Below the pieces are notes generated by a model. That model was not told the DNA's origin. It was given only the letters and a program-made list of their open reading frames with translations, and ran no database searches. Of a DNA stretch of 64,000 nucleotides, positions 25,251 through 37,291 are shown in pieces (within the stretch, counting starts at the first letter, position 1; the number at the start of each line of letters is the position of its first letter). The position numbers and the translations under genes are program-made. The DNA is from Lingula anatina (Eukaryota > Animalia > Brachiopoda): positions 21,018,001-21,082,000 of the forward strand of contig CM120645.1 in the NCBI GenBank assembly GCA_051362555.1, written 5' to 3'.

Positions 25251-26375
25251 TGCCCCTGTTTCACACAGACCACGAATCCCACGAATCGCCAGAAAATGTG
25301 ACACATTCAAATATGTAGACGACACCACAATTTTAAGCTACGGGAATACCAAACTGCAGGACAATCTCCCTGATGCAACAACAGAACTCGCCCTCTGGTC
25401 CCTTGCTAATCAACTAACAATAAATACTACCAAGACCAAAGAGATCATATTTGATTTCTCCAAAAAAAGGACACAAAACTACACCCTTACTAGTAGATAA
25501 TCAAAGGATTGAGAGAGTGGGGTCTGCTGTCTTCTTAGGGGTTAGGATCAGTAGTGATTTGAGCTGGGAAGGTCACATCTGTGATATTTGTAAAAAAGCA
25601 AGTAAAAGGCTACACAATCTTAAGCTTCTGAAAAGAGTGGGTATTCCAACCAATGAACTTGTAAGCTTTTATACATCAATAATCAGACCTACATTAGAAT
25701 ATGCATGTCAGGTGTGGCACCCAGGTCTTACACAACAAGAAATTGATAAAATTGAATCCATCCAGATTAGAGCATGTAAGATTATATTCCCAGAGCTGTC
25801 CTATGATGGGGCACTTGAAACATGTAAACTTATCACTCTTGCTTGTAGAGGAGGTGAACTATCTAAAACATTATTACATAACATGTACTCTGAAGGACAC
25901 AATATCCATTATTTGCTACCAGAGATAAATGAAAGTTCCTACACTTTGCGCCGGGTTTATAAGTACACTGTGCCAAAATTGAGGACTGTACGATCGTCAA
26001 AAACTTTTATCCCATGGGCTTTATCAAATTTTAAGAACTGAGATTTTTATGAATTTTTAATGCGTATCGAATCATTTTAACACTTACAAGTATATTTTAA
26101 GATTGTACATCTCACGACTATTTGTTTTTATTGTAAAATCCAACTTTTTAAGTTGCAAATAAATACATATTATTAAAAAAAAAGAATTGACAAATTTCAG
26201 GATTCGTGGTTGAATCGTAATCAGTTCGTGAAGTTCTTAACAGATTCGTATATATTCGTAGTCAGTTCTTGTAATTCTTGATCAATTACTAACTGATTAC
26301 GATTCAACCACGAATCCTAAAATTTGTCAATTCCTGGCGATTCGTGGGATTCGTGGTCTGTGTGAAACAGGGGCA
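25251..26375. mobile_element. PIF/Harbinger-type MITE (same family as 6128-6784) interrupted by a LINE
   Basis: TIR TGCCCCTGTTTCACACAGACCACGAATCCCACGAATCGCCAG at both ends, TSD TTA (25248-25250 and 26376-26378). Confidence 0.85.
25293..26183 (+). mobile_element. 5'-truncated non-LTR retrotransposon (CR1/L2-group) reverse transcriptase C-terminus with 3' UTR and poly(A)
   Basis: TFKYVDDTT catalytic motif at 25303-25329, then KTKEI, FLGVRISSDLSW and IRPTLEYACQVWHP. One frameshift in the A-tract near 25465, stop at 26041, AATAAA and A-tail at 26158-26183. Confidence 0.9.
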
Positions 26376-26704
26376 TTAGAGATGGAGATGGGGATAAAAT
26401 GAGAGATGATGGGGTCACGTGGCTCACTGTCCTTTGTTCAGCTTTTTTTGATCTTCGTTATAAAATCATTGATTGGATCATTGATTTATAATGAACATGT
26501 TGGAAAATGTTGGTAATGAACATGTTGAATAAACAAAGGCTTTGGCTTAAATGTTTAGATTATTTTTCTTTTCTTTTCCTTCTTTCTCTCTCACACACTT
26601 TTTAAATTTTTCTTTTTCTTTCTTTTTTTTTTTTTTTTTTGACAAAGTGGTTATTCAAGAATTCCCGCCTTTTGTTGAATGGGTTATGCATATAAAAAGA
26701 AAAA

Positions 26705-26736
26705 GGGGAATCCCCACAGTCATTGCTATATAAAAA
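26705..26736 (+). promoter_or_regulatory. NF-kB site GGGGAATCCCC plus TATA box (putative TNIP2 core promoter)
   Basis: Perfect kB consensus at 26705-26715, 11 bp upstream of TATATAAAAA, followed by a short exon and splice donor. Confidence 0.65.
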
Positions 26737-26756
26737 CCAACGACAGACATTTTGAA

Positions 26757-26817
26757 TTTCAGCCTGTACCGGTATTGCGTGGCACCCATAAACAGCAAGT
26801 CGCCACTGCGAAAGAAA
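26757..26817 (+). other. TNIP2: Probable non-coding first exon of TNIP2
   Basis: Starts about 25-30 nt downstream of TATATAAAAA (26727-26736) and ends in the donor AAA|GTGAGT at 26818. The TNIP2 ATG exon begins with an acceptor (ctcag|, 31585), so an upstream exon is required. The start coordinate is approximate. Confidence 0.5.
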
Positions 26818-27878
26818 GTGAGTGCTCTATGTTTTTTGTCAACCTCCACCCTTCACTAAAATAACGAAACTTTAGCATAAATCTGATCGCCCTGCCGGCG
26901 CACCATAGATTTAACTTAGCAGTACAAAGGGCAGCTGTTCAGAAAGTGTTCGATCGGGTAGTGAATGTATTTGGGTAAATTTTTTGTTTTCTTTCTTTGC
27001 CTACGGTTCTTGATGCTGTTTGTCCTCACGAATTCCATCCTCTTCCTCTCCCTAATATATCTATACTCTGTAACATAAAAGTATTAGTTTAAACTGGCAG
27101 TTTGATAACGAAAACGACATGTTTGGAAGGGCTGTTCATGACCATTGCCCATTCCGCTTTGAAGCGGATCCGGTATATTGTTACATGTAAATGTCTCGAC
27201 TTCATTACATGTGTGGAATGTCTAGATGCAGTGGATTCTTAAAATACATATATATATAAGCCTACGGTAGGCGTTTGACCCCTCCACCCCTCCTTCCTTG
27301 TCCTCTTGCACCACCGACACTAAAGAAACAGGTATTCGACAAAACACATAGAAAACAAAATAAACAGGGAATACAGAGAAAAAAGGAACAAATGTATTAT
27401 TATTATTATTATTATGAGAACATTTCAGTTGAATCGTTTTTCCTTTTTATCGGCAGATACATCAGGCACGCCGCAATGTTCTGACCTATATTTTTAGAGA
27501 GATATAAGTAATCTATTAAACATAACGTTGTAATAATAATTATACTTTATCTTTGGTAGATAACTCAAAATTTATTTATTTATAACTATGACTATGTTTG
27601 AAAGGGCCAAAACATACAACATGTATAGTCGCAAAGGTTGGCTTTATCCAACGATGGCCATTTATTTGACTGATCTTGACTGTCATAGGGTGATGCAATG
27701 CTAATTACCGTAGTACTAATAGGCTACACATTTTTATTAATCATCTCCGGAATTAAAACTGCCGAGTAAGTCATATCGTGTGAACATTTGACAACCAGAG
27801 GTACGTATTATAACGGCGGGTGAATTTACTTTCTCTTTGTCTAACTATATATATGTAGGCGCTGTCTTCACTGACTTA

Positions 27879-28424
27879 GAGCGCATTCTCAATGAATTAA
27901 GCCAGGCTTTACAAAGCCGGTGACCTAAAAATGGCGGACATACATGAAAGAAAAACCGCCTAATCTTTTAATAGTCTCTCCGCCTCTCACACGCCTCCCC
28001 ACACGTCGTCCCTGCGGGGTACAGTAATTAAATCTCGGCTCCGAACATTAATATTTCCGTGAATATCTCTGGTGATATTATCTCCGTAGATAGTCGATTC
28101 ATTGCTGCTCTACGGGCCAAATCATTCCTTTTTCGTCTCTGTTTTCAAAGATAATAGAACAGAAGAGCTTTTTTCCTTCGATCGCCTTCAGCCGCCATGC
28201 TTTCTTCACCACGAGTTTAACTGATGAGCATGCGCACTTAATATTTCTCAGGTAGCTTCCGCATGGCGAACGGAGCCGAGATTTAATTACTGTACCCCGC
28301 AGGGACGACGTGTGGGGAGGCGGAGAGACTATTAAAAGATTAGGCGGATTTTCTTTCATGTACGTCCGCCATTTTTAGGTCACCGGCTTTGTAAAGCCTG
28401 GCTTAATTCGTTGAGAATGCGCTC
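27879..28424. mobile_element. Harbinger/Tourist-like MITE with about 160-bp inverted arms
   Basis: 27879-28043 is a near-perfect reverse complement of 28271-28424; TSD TTA. Confidence 0.88.
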
Positions 28425-28427
28425 TTA

Positions 28428-28684
28428 GGCTTCGTTCACATGCAATGTCTATTTTCTAAATTCTATTTTCTATTTGCGGTATGTCTTATGATCACGGTCT
28501 GTGGCCTGAATATCCCGCAGCGTAATTACTGGCAGCGCGAGCCAGTTACTGTAAGTTACTATAAGTAACTGGCTCGCGCTGCCAGTAATTACGCGGCGGG
28601 ATATTTAGGGCACAGACCGTGATCATAAGATAGCGCGAATAGAAAATAGAATTTGGAAAATAGACATTGCATGTGAACGAAGCC
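28428..28684. mobile_element. Almost fully palindromic Harbinger/Tourist-like MITE abutting the previous one
   Basis: GGCTTCGTTCACATGCAATG...CATTGCATGTGAACGAAGCC with about 120-bp arms and TTA/TAA flanks. Confidence 0.88.
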
Positions 28685-28974
28685 TAAGTTCGAATTGATT
28701 ATAAGCCCATGTTGGCTAATACACATGTACCCAAGGATCAGGAGCCTATGCGGTTTGTTATTTTTTGGAAGTTTCAATACAAAAATCTCCCTTTTAGTTT
28801 TCACCCTAGTGTAAGTAACCGCCCTAAAATAAAAAAACAAAAATGAATAGATAAATTAACACATAAATATTTCGTATCTGTATCAAATGTTTATATTTTC
28901 TAGTTATTGCACGAGGGCAGTATACGTTGTCATTAGCGATGACTTTGGATCTCGCTCGAAAAGAAGAGATTTTA

Positions 28975-28985
28975 GGGGAATCCCC
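28975..28985. promoter_or_regulatory. NF-kB site GGGGAATCCCC
   Basis: Exact 11-bp copy of the site at 26705, with unrelated flanks. Confidence 0.55.
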
Positions 28986-29842
28986 TTTCTTCTATTACAC
29001 GCGTTAAAAATAAATCAGGATCATGGAATAGTGAATGTTTTGTTGCAAGTCGAACTGATAGGAAGAATGAAGACGGTTTTAAATTGTAGATCTTTAAGTA
29101 TTAAAGACGTTGCTCGTTTCTGACTGTCATTCACGCGCGTTTTGTCTCCCTTTGTTGATGGCAATTTTCGCGCAAATTGCTGAAATCGCACCTTAATTTT
29201 TTATGTTTTTTTCTCACTGACGTTGTCTGGACTTCTTATGAAATTGTGTATTTTTGTATATTATTTTGATCTTGGACATTTCTTTTCTAAAGGGGGGGGG
29301 GCAATGATCCTCTGGCGGTTATACTCTAACAAAAGAGTCTAAGAAAAATAAACATGAATACTGAGAGTGCAATTCTCTCTTTATTGCACCCAACTGCACA
29401 CTAGGTTATTCCCTTCATCTCTTCTGATTCAGATAAAATAACGATAAACTGGAACTGGTCCAGATCATTATCCTTACATTTCCTTTAAAATTGAGATCGA
29501 ATTTTCGCTTTCTTCCTGTAAAATATTGTAGGTGCCTTTGTCCATGGATCCATAGTGACCTTTAAGATTCAGTATGTGTACTACACATGCTGTGTAGGCC
29601 TACCAGTCTTCTATATCCCTTTTCAAAATAGGCTACAGCTCAACTATTCATGAAGGTCAGCGCCGCAGTTTTTTTCCTGTTTCCAAATCGCGGACCGTGG
29701 AAGTACAGTCCTTGCCCTGCGATAAACATAGTAAATAATATGTTATTCTTGGAAGCTGAACGGCATCTCTGACCATCCAAAAAACATTTTTTCTTTGTCA
29801 AAGTTAATATTTGCTTTCCATAACCACCACCATCACCACTAC

Positions 29843-29888
29843 TAACAATAACAACAACAACTACAACAACAACAACAACAACAACAAC

Positions 29889-29924
<36 letters not shown>
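29843..29924. repeat. Compound (CAA)n(TAA)n microsatellite
   Basis: Directly visible. Confidence 0.9.
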
Positions 29925-29925
<1 letters not shown>

Positions 29926-30397
29926 TTTTATTGAACACAGTGGCAATATGACTATACCACAATAGTATAGCCTACAATGTTATGTTTGAAAGATCCTATC
30001 TACTAGGCCCTACATCTTGATAATTGTGAAAATAAAACATTCTTGTCTAGTTTTGACTTGATGACTGTGAAGTTTGACGCTAATCCATTGTGTAACATTT
30101 ACAACCTGTGTAAAAACTTCGGCTCCGTTTCATTTTTTGTGTAGGCCTAATTATTTCCAGATTTCCAGGGCACAATTTGAATGAATGGGTTTTAAAACAG
30201 TGGTAAAACTTCATTTATATTTCTGTAGTCCAAGATAAAACTACTCTTCAATATTCATTTTCCTTTTTGCATTTTCAAATAAACTATTAGTAATAAAGAC
30301 TAAATAAGGGACTGGTGTCAATAATTCGCTTGAAGATTGTCAAGAAAAGGGGTATTTATGGAGTAATATTCAGAGGCAATATTCCGCCATTTTTAAA

Positions 30398-30408
30398 GGG
30401 GAATCCCC
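30398..30408. promoter_or_regulatory. NF-kB site GGGGAATCCCC
   Basis: Third exact copy, 1.2 kb upstream of the TNIP2 ATG. Confidence 0.55.
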
Positions 30409-31604
30409 GACCTAATTTTTATACACGAAACCGGATGGAGAGTGTACATTAGGTAAGGTTGGCATATATCTTATTGTAAGACAAGACTTACATGTATGAT
30501 GCCGTTCAAACTTTAAGGACAGCTTCTGGTTGGTAATATGCCGTAGAATTGTTTGGTCCAAAATAGTAGAAACTTTCTACTATTTTGGACATAAAGAAGG
30601 GACTCCGTTGATGTGATAAAATTAGGCCTACTTTGGCAATATGGCGTCTTCTTCATATAGCTATCTAATCCATTGAAGTCATAACTCACGTCACCCAAAC
30701 GCTGTGTGTTTTTACTTCAGATTGATGCATGCATTGATATATGTTTTGAATTATATTATTTTAGCTGGAAGGTGTAATGTAAAAATACAATAATAAATAG
30801 ATATGGTACATGTTTAAAAAGTCCGAGTAACCTACAAGTAGGGCTTACTGTAGGCCTACGGGTAGGCCTAACTAATTAAAACTTGTAACGAGAGAGAGAG
30901 GTCAACTAATCAGAAATAAAATGTAACTTACCGTCATACACTGTATAAGGCCTATCAGTATGTACATGTATGCACAGTGTAGGCCTATATACTTAATTTG
31001 ATACGTTATGGGTATTACATGGTTTATGTGCTAAAACTTTATTATTTGAAGCTTCCGGGATATCACATTGCAATTAAATTCGATCACATTCCACATAAAT
31101 ATTTTAGGCCGTTTTACTATAATATTACGGATCTATTACACAGCATACCGGTCCCTTGCAATAAAATCATGCTTATGGTTTATTCGAGGCCGTTGGGATA
31201 ATACGCTAATTCTAGTGCAAACCGAATTGATCTATCTTAATCGCACGTTTCTACACATACATGTATAGGCAAACATCATAACATGAGTTTCGGAATTTGT
31301 AGCCTAACAGAACTTAGGCCTACTAGTTCATACAGAGCAGATGAATCGAATTCCATACAACTGAATCATCAAAATATGTGATATGTGACGCTGAACCTTG
31401 ATCTTTATTGTAAATAAAATAGGCCTATGTCATAAATAGTTAACTACAATTAAGTTAATTAGTGATGACAAGATTGTTCTGAAAATGAAACCGTTTATTG
31501 TATTATTAATGACTGCATTTTAATAGTTTAAAATTATTAATGAATCATTTATTTATTTATTTATTTATTTACCTACCGTCTCAGATTTTGACAGCTCTCA
31601 AGTA

Positions 31605-34600
31605 ATGGCGGCAGCAGGACAAGCAGAGTCCTCCACATTAGACCAAGAAGACGAAGAAGAACCCCCGGGAAATCCAGAGACGACCGTGGGGGGCAAACCT
31701 ACTCCCCCACGGCGCCTTCCTCGGAAAATAGATCGATCCAAAGACTCGACATTAAATCTTGGGAGTTTGAGCACTGAGAGTTGGTCTTTGCCGAGTTCGG
31801 TATGTATCTTTGTAAATATTCATTTTATACTAGTGTGTTAATAATGAATTGCATGTATTAATGATTAATTAATATTAGTAATATTTATCTTTTGGTTATA
31901 TATGATAGACTTGTAAGATTTTGTGATATCTATAACGTCCGTGTGTCGGAAAGGAAATTGAAAAATATCGTGAGAAAATTAAGATATTACATTGTTGACT
32001 AGAAATATGCTTCTGGAGCAAAGACCTTCGCTAAGGCGACTCAATTAGACTAATTAGAAGACTAATTAATTTATTAATTAAAATCAATCATAATCTGACC
32101 GAATCTTAGTTAGCCCATTTCTGACCAACCCTGAATTTATTATCAAAATCCGACAAAGGCACAAACGTAATTAACTTGCTGGAGAACGTCATATAGATAC
32201 TCTTTATTGTATTATATTACATAGTTTATCATATTAAATATTTAGGTGCTAAATTAAATACTGAACTAAGTTTTTCTCTGTTTTATGGTGGCTCTTTGAA
32301 TAGGAAAAATAAAAGAGAAAATTACTCTCAAATTTCACTTGAGAGAATATTATAGCTAAGGTATAAGTGAGAGAGTTAAATGCCCTTGAGATATCCATAT
32401 TCAGATGTCATTTAATTAGTTTTCACATTTAACTTATTATGGCTTTGTTGTTTTGTTTGGGTCCGACTGCGTTTGTGTAGCCTTCATCTAAATTTTTATA
32501 GTCTTTAAATATTGAAACGATGGTATACAATAGACGATGAATGTTTATGCAACATTGAGATTGTAATGTTTAAATTAAATGGTGAGGGTGAATAAATGTC
32601 CCCATTCAACTTAAATATCCAGCAGCTGTCTTAATATAAACGGCTCATTTAAATACAGCTGGCGGAAAGTTTCCCTCTTTGATGGTTATAGGTTATTCCG
32701 GGTTGCAAGACAAAGAAGTATTCGTTATCATCGTTATTAACCGCTTATCAACACTTGTTAGATTGCATTTGTTATTTTACAATTAATCACTGTCACTCAG
32801 GATATTTGAGACCAATACACCCGGAAAACATCTTAACTAGCTGTCTGACGCAATCCATGGACCTACGCATCGCTTTGAATTACATCCCAGCACTAAACTC
32901 GGCCGAATAAAACAAATTTTGAATATTTGTGGTAAAACGTTGACCAATAAATCGAATTTACTTTATTTAGGTTGAATTGATTATTTTTGTCCCAGTTGCG
33001 CATTCTTTGATGAAATAGTGGTAACATGTTAAACTTAATTAACATTAATAAACTCCATATCTTTTAAATTCACCATTTGCATGTTTCCTTTAAATATCTT
33101 TATTTATTGATTATACAATAGACTCTGCATAATTGGGAAAATTAAAAAGTTTCAATTAACAACAAAGAAAAAATCTGATCCACAAGATTTGTTTCAGGAA
33201 ATCGGTAATTCGAGTTATACTGTGAAACTTATACTATATAAATTTTTAATCTCCTAATTTTTTTCCTATTATTTTATCGAAGGAAATAGTTTTATTGGTC
33301 ATGATGAATATCTTTCATAAAGGAAAATACCAACAGTTTTCAAGAATTGCGAAAGGAGAATGCGACCTTGAAAGCTCAATTAAACGACCTCAACAAGGCC
33401 CGCTGTGCTTCGGAAGAAAAATGCCAATCTTTGAGCGCTGAGTATGCGGACGTAAAACAAAAGTTGATAGAGACAGCCCAGTTTTGTCAGAATTTGGTGA
33501 CTCGGCTAGAGGCTAAGGAATCCGGCGGACGTGGTCTCTGTGAAAAAGGCGTAAGTTCCTCTTTGTTATCTGACAACCGAATTCCACACATTAATTACTC
33601 TCTTTTCTTCCTTCAAGCTGTAAGATTGATAAATAAAATCAATTGATAAATTATCAATCCACCCTTTCCTTGTTTGCATAGTGAGCTCATTTTGAATACT
33701 TGTGGTAAACTTGACGTGAAAAAAACCCCCAAAAAATGTATTATTCATCACTCTGAACACATCAGTCCAATTAAGTACCTATTCCTTAATTACTAAGACA
33801 CGCTGTATACATCGCCATTAACCAAATTACGATTTATATATTCGTTTTAAGTCAATGTCAAAGTAATGAGGACGGAAATTGGTGACTTTTATTTCTTGCG
33901 GTAAAAATTGAAATGTAGAATTCGAAAACGGACATATAGTTCGTTATTTTGTCAGCATCTTTGGATAGGTGTTCAGTGGAAACCTGCAGAATTTTTTAAG
34001 AAATGCATTTGTTTGTTGTCGACTAGCAATTTTAGTAATGAGCCATTCTCTACAACTTCATCTCTCAAAAAATAATTCCAACGGAAAAATATTTTTAATC
34101 TGGGAGCCGAGATGAATAAATATTTCATGCTTTTACATAATCAAAAACTTAGACCACAGATGATTTAAATAAAAAGCTAATTTAAAGCAATTTTGATGAA
34201 GACTAGTTTAAAACAGTCATCAAATTGGTGTTTTGGGTTTATTGACAGGAACAGAACAGAGAGGCTGCGCGCCTTCGCCAGGTGATAACTCAACTAAGAG
34301 GCCAACTTGAAGAGGTAAGTGATGACTCGTGGCAGCGAAATAATATATTGATGCATAAAGGATGATTCTGTCATCCACAGGCCTACCCAACTACCAGACT
34401 CGGCACCGAATGATCCTGAATTCACCGGTAGATCGGACCACACTACCCGTTTTCAAGGTGTGTATCAGTACGCATTTCACAGTATCAGATGCGACACCGC
34501 TGTTGCCTAGTACGCGATGTGATAGTGACGATTCTCAGCATTGCATCACCACTCAAAATTTGTTCGGGGTATGATACTGTGAAATGCGTACTGACACACA

Positions 34601-34881
34601 CCTTGAAAACGGGTAGTGTGGTCTGATATACCGGTGAACTCAGGATCATTCGGTGCCGAGTCTGGTAGTTGGGTAGGCCTGATTCAGTGAACGCTTCATT
34701 TTACTTCTGACTGACATAGGCTGTTGATGAATGTGCCATTTGTTCATGCCCAAGTGACAGGGCAAATGTCTTATAACAAAATCTTAAATTTGCTGCATGC
34801 AGCTCTAATCACATCATTTCGAGTCGGTCTCTTTCCTTTCTTTTCGTTTATTCATTAGTTATAATAATAATAATAATAATA

Positions 34882-34922
<41 letters not shown>

Positions 34923-36786
34923 GCTGAGTGAAATATCTTCCACATTCCACAAAAAAAAAATAAATGAATAATTATTTGCAAAAAATCCTTGTAATATGCG
35001 GCTGTATTTACATTGCTGTTATTGTTGTGCTTGTAAAAGTTGGCATCACAACCTGCTAAAGTGCTGCATACTTTGCGTTTTGAAGACTAAATGCTCAAAA
35101 TTGAAAGTTTTGGCCAAATAATTCAGGTAACATCAGCCAACATGAAGTGGCAGACGTACAATGAAGGACGGGAAACGTACATCAAAGGTTTGCTGAAAAC
35201 TGTAGAACAACTGAAAGAAGAACTTAAGAAAGCCAGTCTTGACCACGTGACAGTAGGACAGCAGCAAGAAATTGACAAAATGTTGCTGGCGTCAAAAGCG
35301 AAGATAACAGCTCTAGAGGAAGATTTAGAGAAGGTGAGAGTTGCACATGCATATCTGAAAGGGAATTTTTTTCAAGATTGTCCTCAAAATTTCTGTTTAA
35401 TATTTATTTCTGGGCAAGCACAGCAGTAAAAGGATCTTGTCATGTAAATTAATGATAAACGGCTATATCCACAGTTTGCGTGTGTCTGCGTGCGTGCGTG
35501 CATGTGCAACTTTATCTGGTGTCGAAATTAAAATTTTGTCCTTAAAATCCCGCTGGACCGACAAAGGTACAAACTGTGTGTGCACACATGTAGGCCTACT
35601 GTATGCGTACTTGTGCAAGGTGCGTGCATGCTTGTGTGTGTGCAAAGTTGTGAAAATGATAGTTGTGCATTCATCTTATGCAGCATCGAAACCAGTTCAA
35701 GTAGCATCTGATGTATTATGCTTTGTCTGTACTCCGTTGTTTCCAGCTGGAGGACGAAAACCGCCAGCTCAGAATCCAAACTCACCAAAACGACGAAATA
35801 AGACGTCAGTTGGAAGAGCGCGTGCGTCAACTCGAGGCAGAGATCGCGAAAGGAGGACGAGGAAGAGGGGGATACGAGGATGAGTATGTCCAGCTCCTCC
35901 AAGAACAGGTTCGAACGGTGACCGAGGACTTCGAGGCAGAACGGAGAGACAGGGAGATAGCCCAGTCGAAGATATCTGATCTTGAGAGAGAGCTGCAGTG
36001 TCTCCGAATACAGGTACATACATGTAGTCCCATAAATGCATTAAAACGCCCTTTACACTGGACGGCTTCCATTCTGCGTCCTTTGTGCGACCATGAAACT
36101 GGCATCGCTGTGGTCGAAACAAGAGGGGACAAGCATTAACTTGGTTGCAAAATGAATGCTCAGTGATCGGCCAGTTGTCTGCACGTAAAGTATTTTTTTA
36201 ACTCTCAACCAGAGCCGTACTGAGGGACGCAGAAAGAATGCCGTCCAGTATAAAGGGGGGGGGGGGGGATTAACACGATGAAATACAAGGAATAATATTT
36301 AGTTTGCCTGAGGGGAAGCTTTCGTTCTAGTTTGACAACTTGAGTTCGTCTAGGGCGAGTTTCACAAAGTTATTTAGCCCGAAAATCGGTCTAAACTTTA
36401 AGACCAAAGCGTTAGTCTACTTTCACCCAAGATAAAGCAGAAGTAGTCCAATATCATAAAATACTCCCAGGCCTGTCAACACTCCAGATCTCGTCGGGAG
36501 TCTCCTGATTCAGACTAAAAATCTCCCGATCTATCAGACTATTTTCTCTTTGCTTTTGTTAGAACGTACGGTGACTTTATTAGCCGTCACATAATTGCTT
36601 TCTTTGTTTTGTCGCTGGAGGCTAAGACACAATATATTGGTATATTCCGGTGTTACTATATTTAAGTAATATAACTAAAGATACTAATGTTGATAACTCT
36701 CTTTCAGATGGCGCAAAACAGAAAAGGTTACTATGACTCACCATATAGGACATATTATCGACCGAACGTGAGTGCAATTTTCATTT

Positions 36787-36835
<49 letters not shown>

Positions 36836-37291
36836 TTTTGCTATCTTATGGAGCGCACAATTAAAAATGCTAGCTGTTGTGTCACTTAACTATTTATTCT
36901 TTTTTTTTTTTTTGTTTTCGTTTATTTATTTATTTACATTTTGGATTAAGAAGGGGGGTCTCTGTCCCCCTTATTACATTGGCGTTGTGAAATGAGATTA
37001 TAAGCGGGCTGTTCTTTTTTCCCTACACAGCTTACCTGCGGAGCCGAATACAGGCATTTTGGAGGCAGAACTGTCGTCGACGGACTGGGCGACCTCGAGG
37101 CCGACGGAGACACCGAGGAAGGGCATGACGACACAGATGCACACGTGACCGGTTCCGACGTGCCAAACGGGTTGTTCGAAGACGGAGCTGATATCCATAC
37201 TACAGAGCTACTGTGTCCGCGTTGTCTGCGCCAGTACGGCTTAAACCAAGAAGCAGAATTTCAGGAGCACATCGGTATTTGCTGCGACTAA
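31605..37291 (+). CDS. TNIP2: TNFAIP3-interacting protein 2 (ABIN-2) orthologue; coding exons 31605-31799, 33323-33550, 34249-34314, 35127-35333, 35747-36013, 36708-36767, 37031-37291; 427 aa
   Basis: All six introns are GT-AG and phase 0, giving one open frame. It contains coiled coils, an AHD1/EABR-like motif VTSANMKWQTYNEGRETYIKGL, a UBAN motif LLQEQVRTVTEDFEAERRDREIAQSKISDLE (DFxxER), and a terminal zinc finger LCPRCLRQY...EFQEHIGICCD*. This domain order and length fit vertebrate TNIP2 better than NEMO, optineurin or TNIP1. Confidence 0.88.
34378..34681. mobile_element. Palindromic MITE in a TNIP2 intron
   Basis: About 110-bp inverted arms CAGGCCTACCCAACTACCAGACTCGGCACCGAATG...; near-perfect 5-bp TSD ATCCA/ATTCA. 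Confidence 0.85.
34861..34921. repeat. (AAT)n(ATT)n self-complementary microsatellite
   Basis: Directly visible. Confidence 0.9.

Noticed and set aside
26655-26849. Minus-strand 64-aa ORF with a hydrophobic, TM-like stretch
   Set aside because: Non-ATG start; the hydrophobicity comes from the antisense of the A-rich kB/TATA promoter.
26916-27067. Minus-strand exon-like segment (ttacag acceptor; ...MEFVRTNSIKNRRQRKK...NSCPLYC*)
   Set aside because: No upstream partner exon or recognisable domain found; cannot be supported without transcript data.
32304-32360. Possible extra TNIP2 exon flanked by AG and GT
   Set aside because: In-frame stop at the third codon in the required phase 0.
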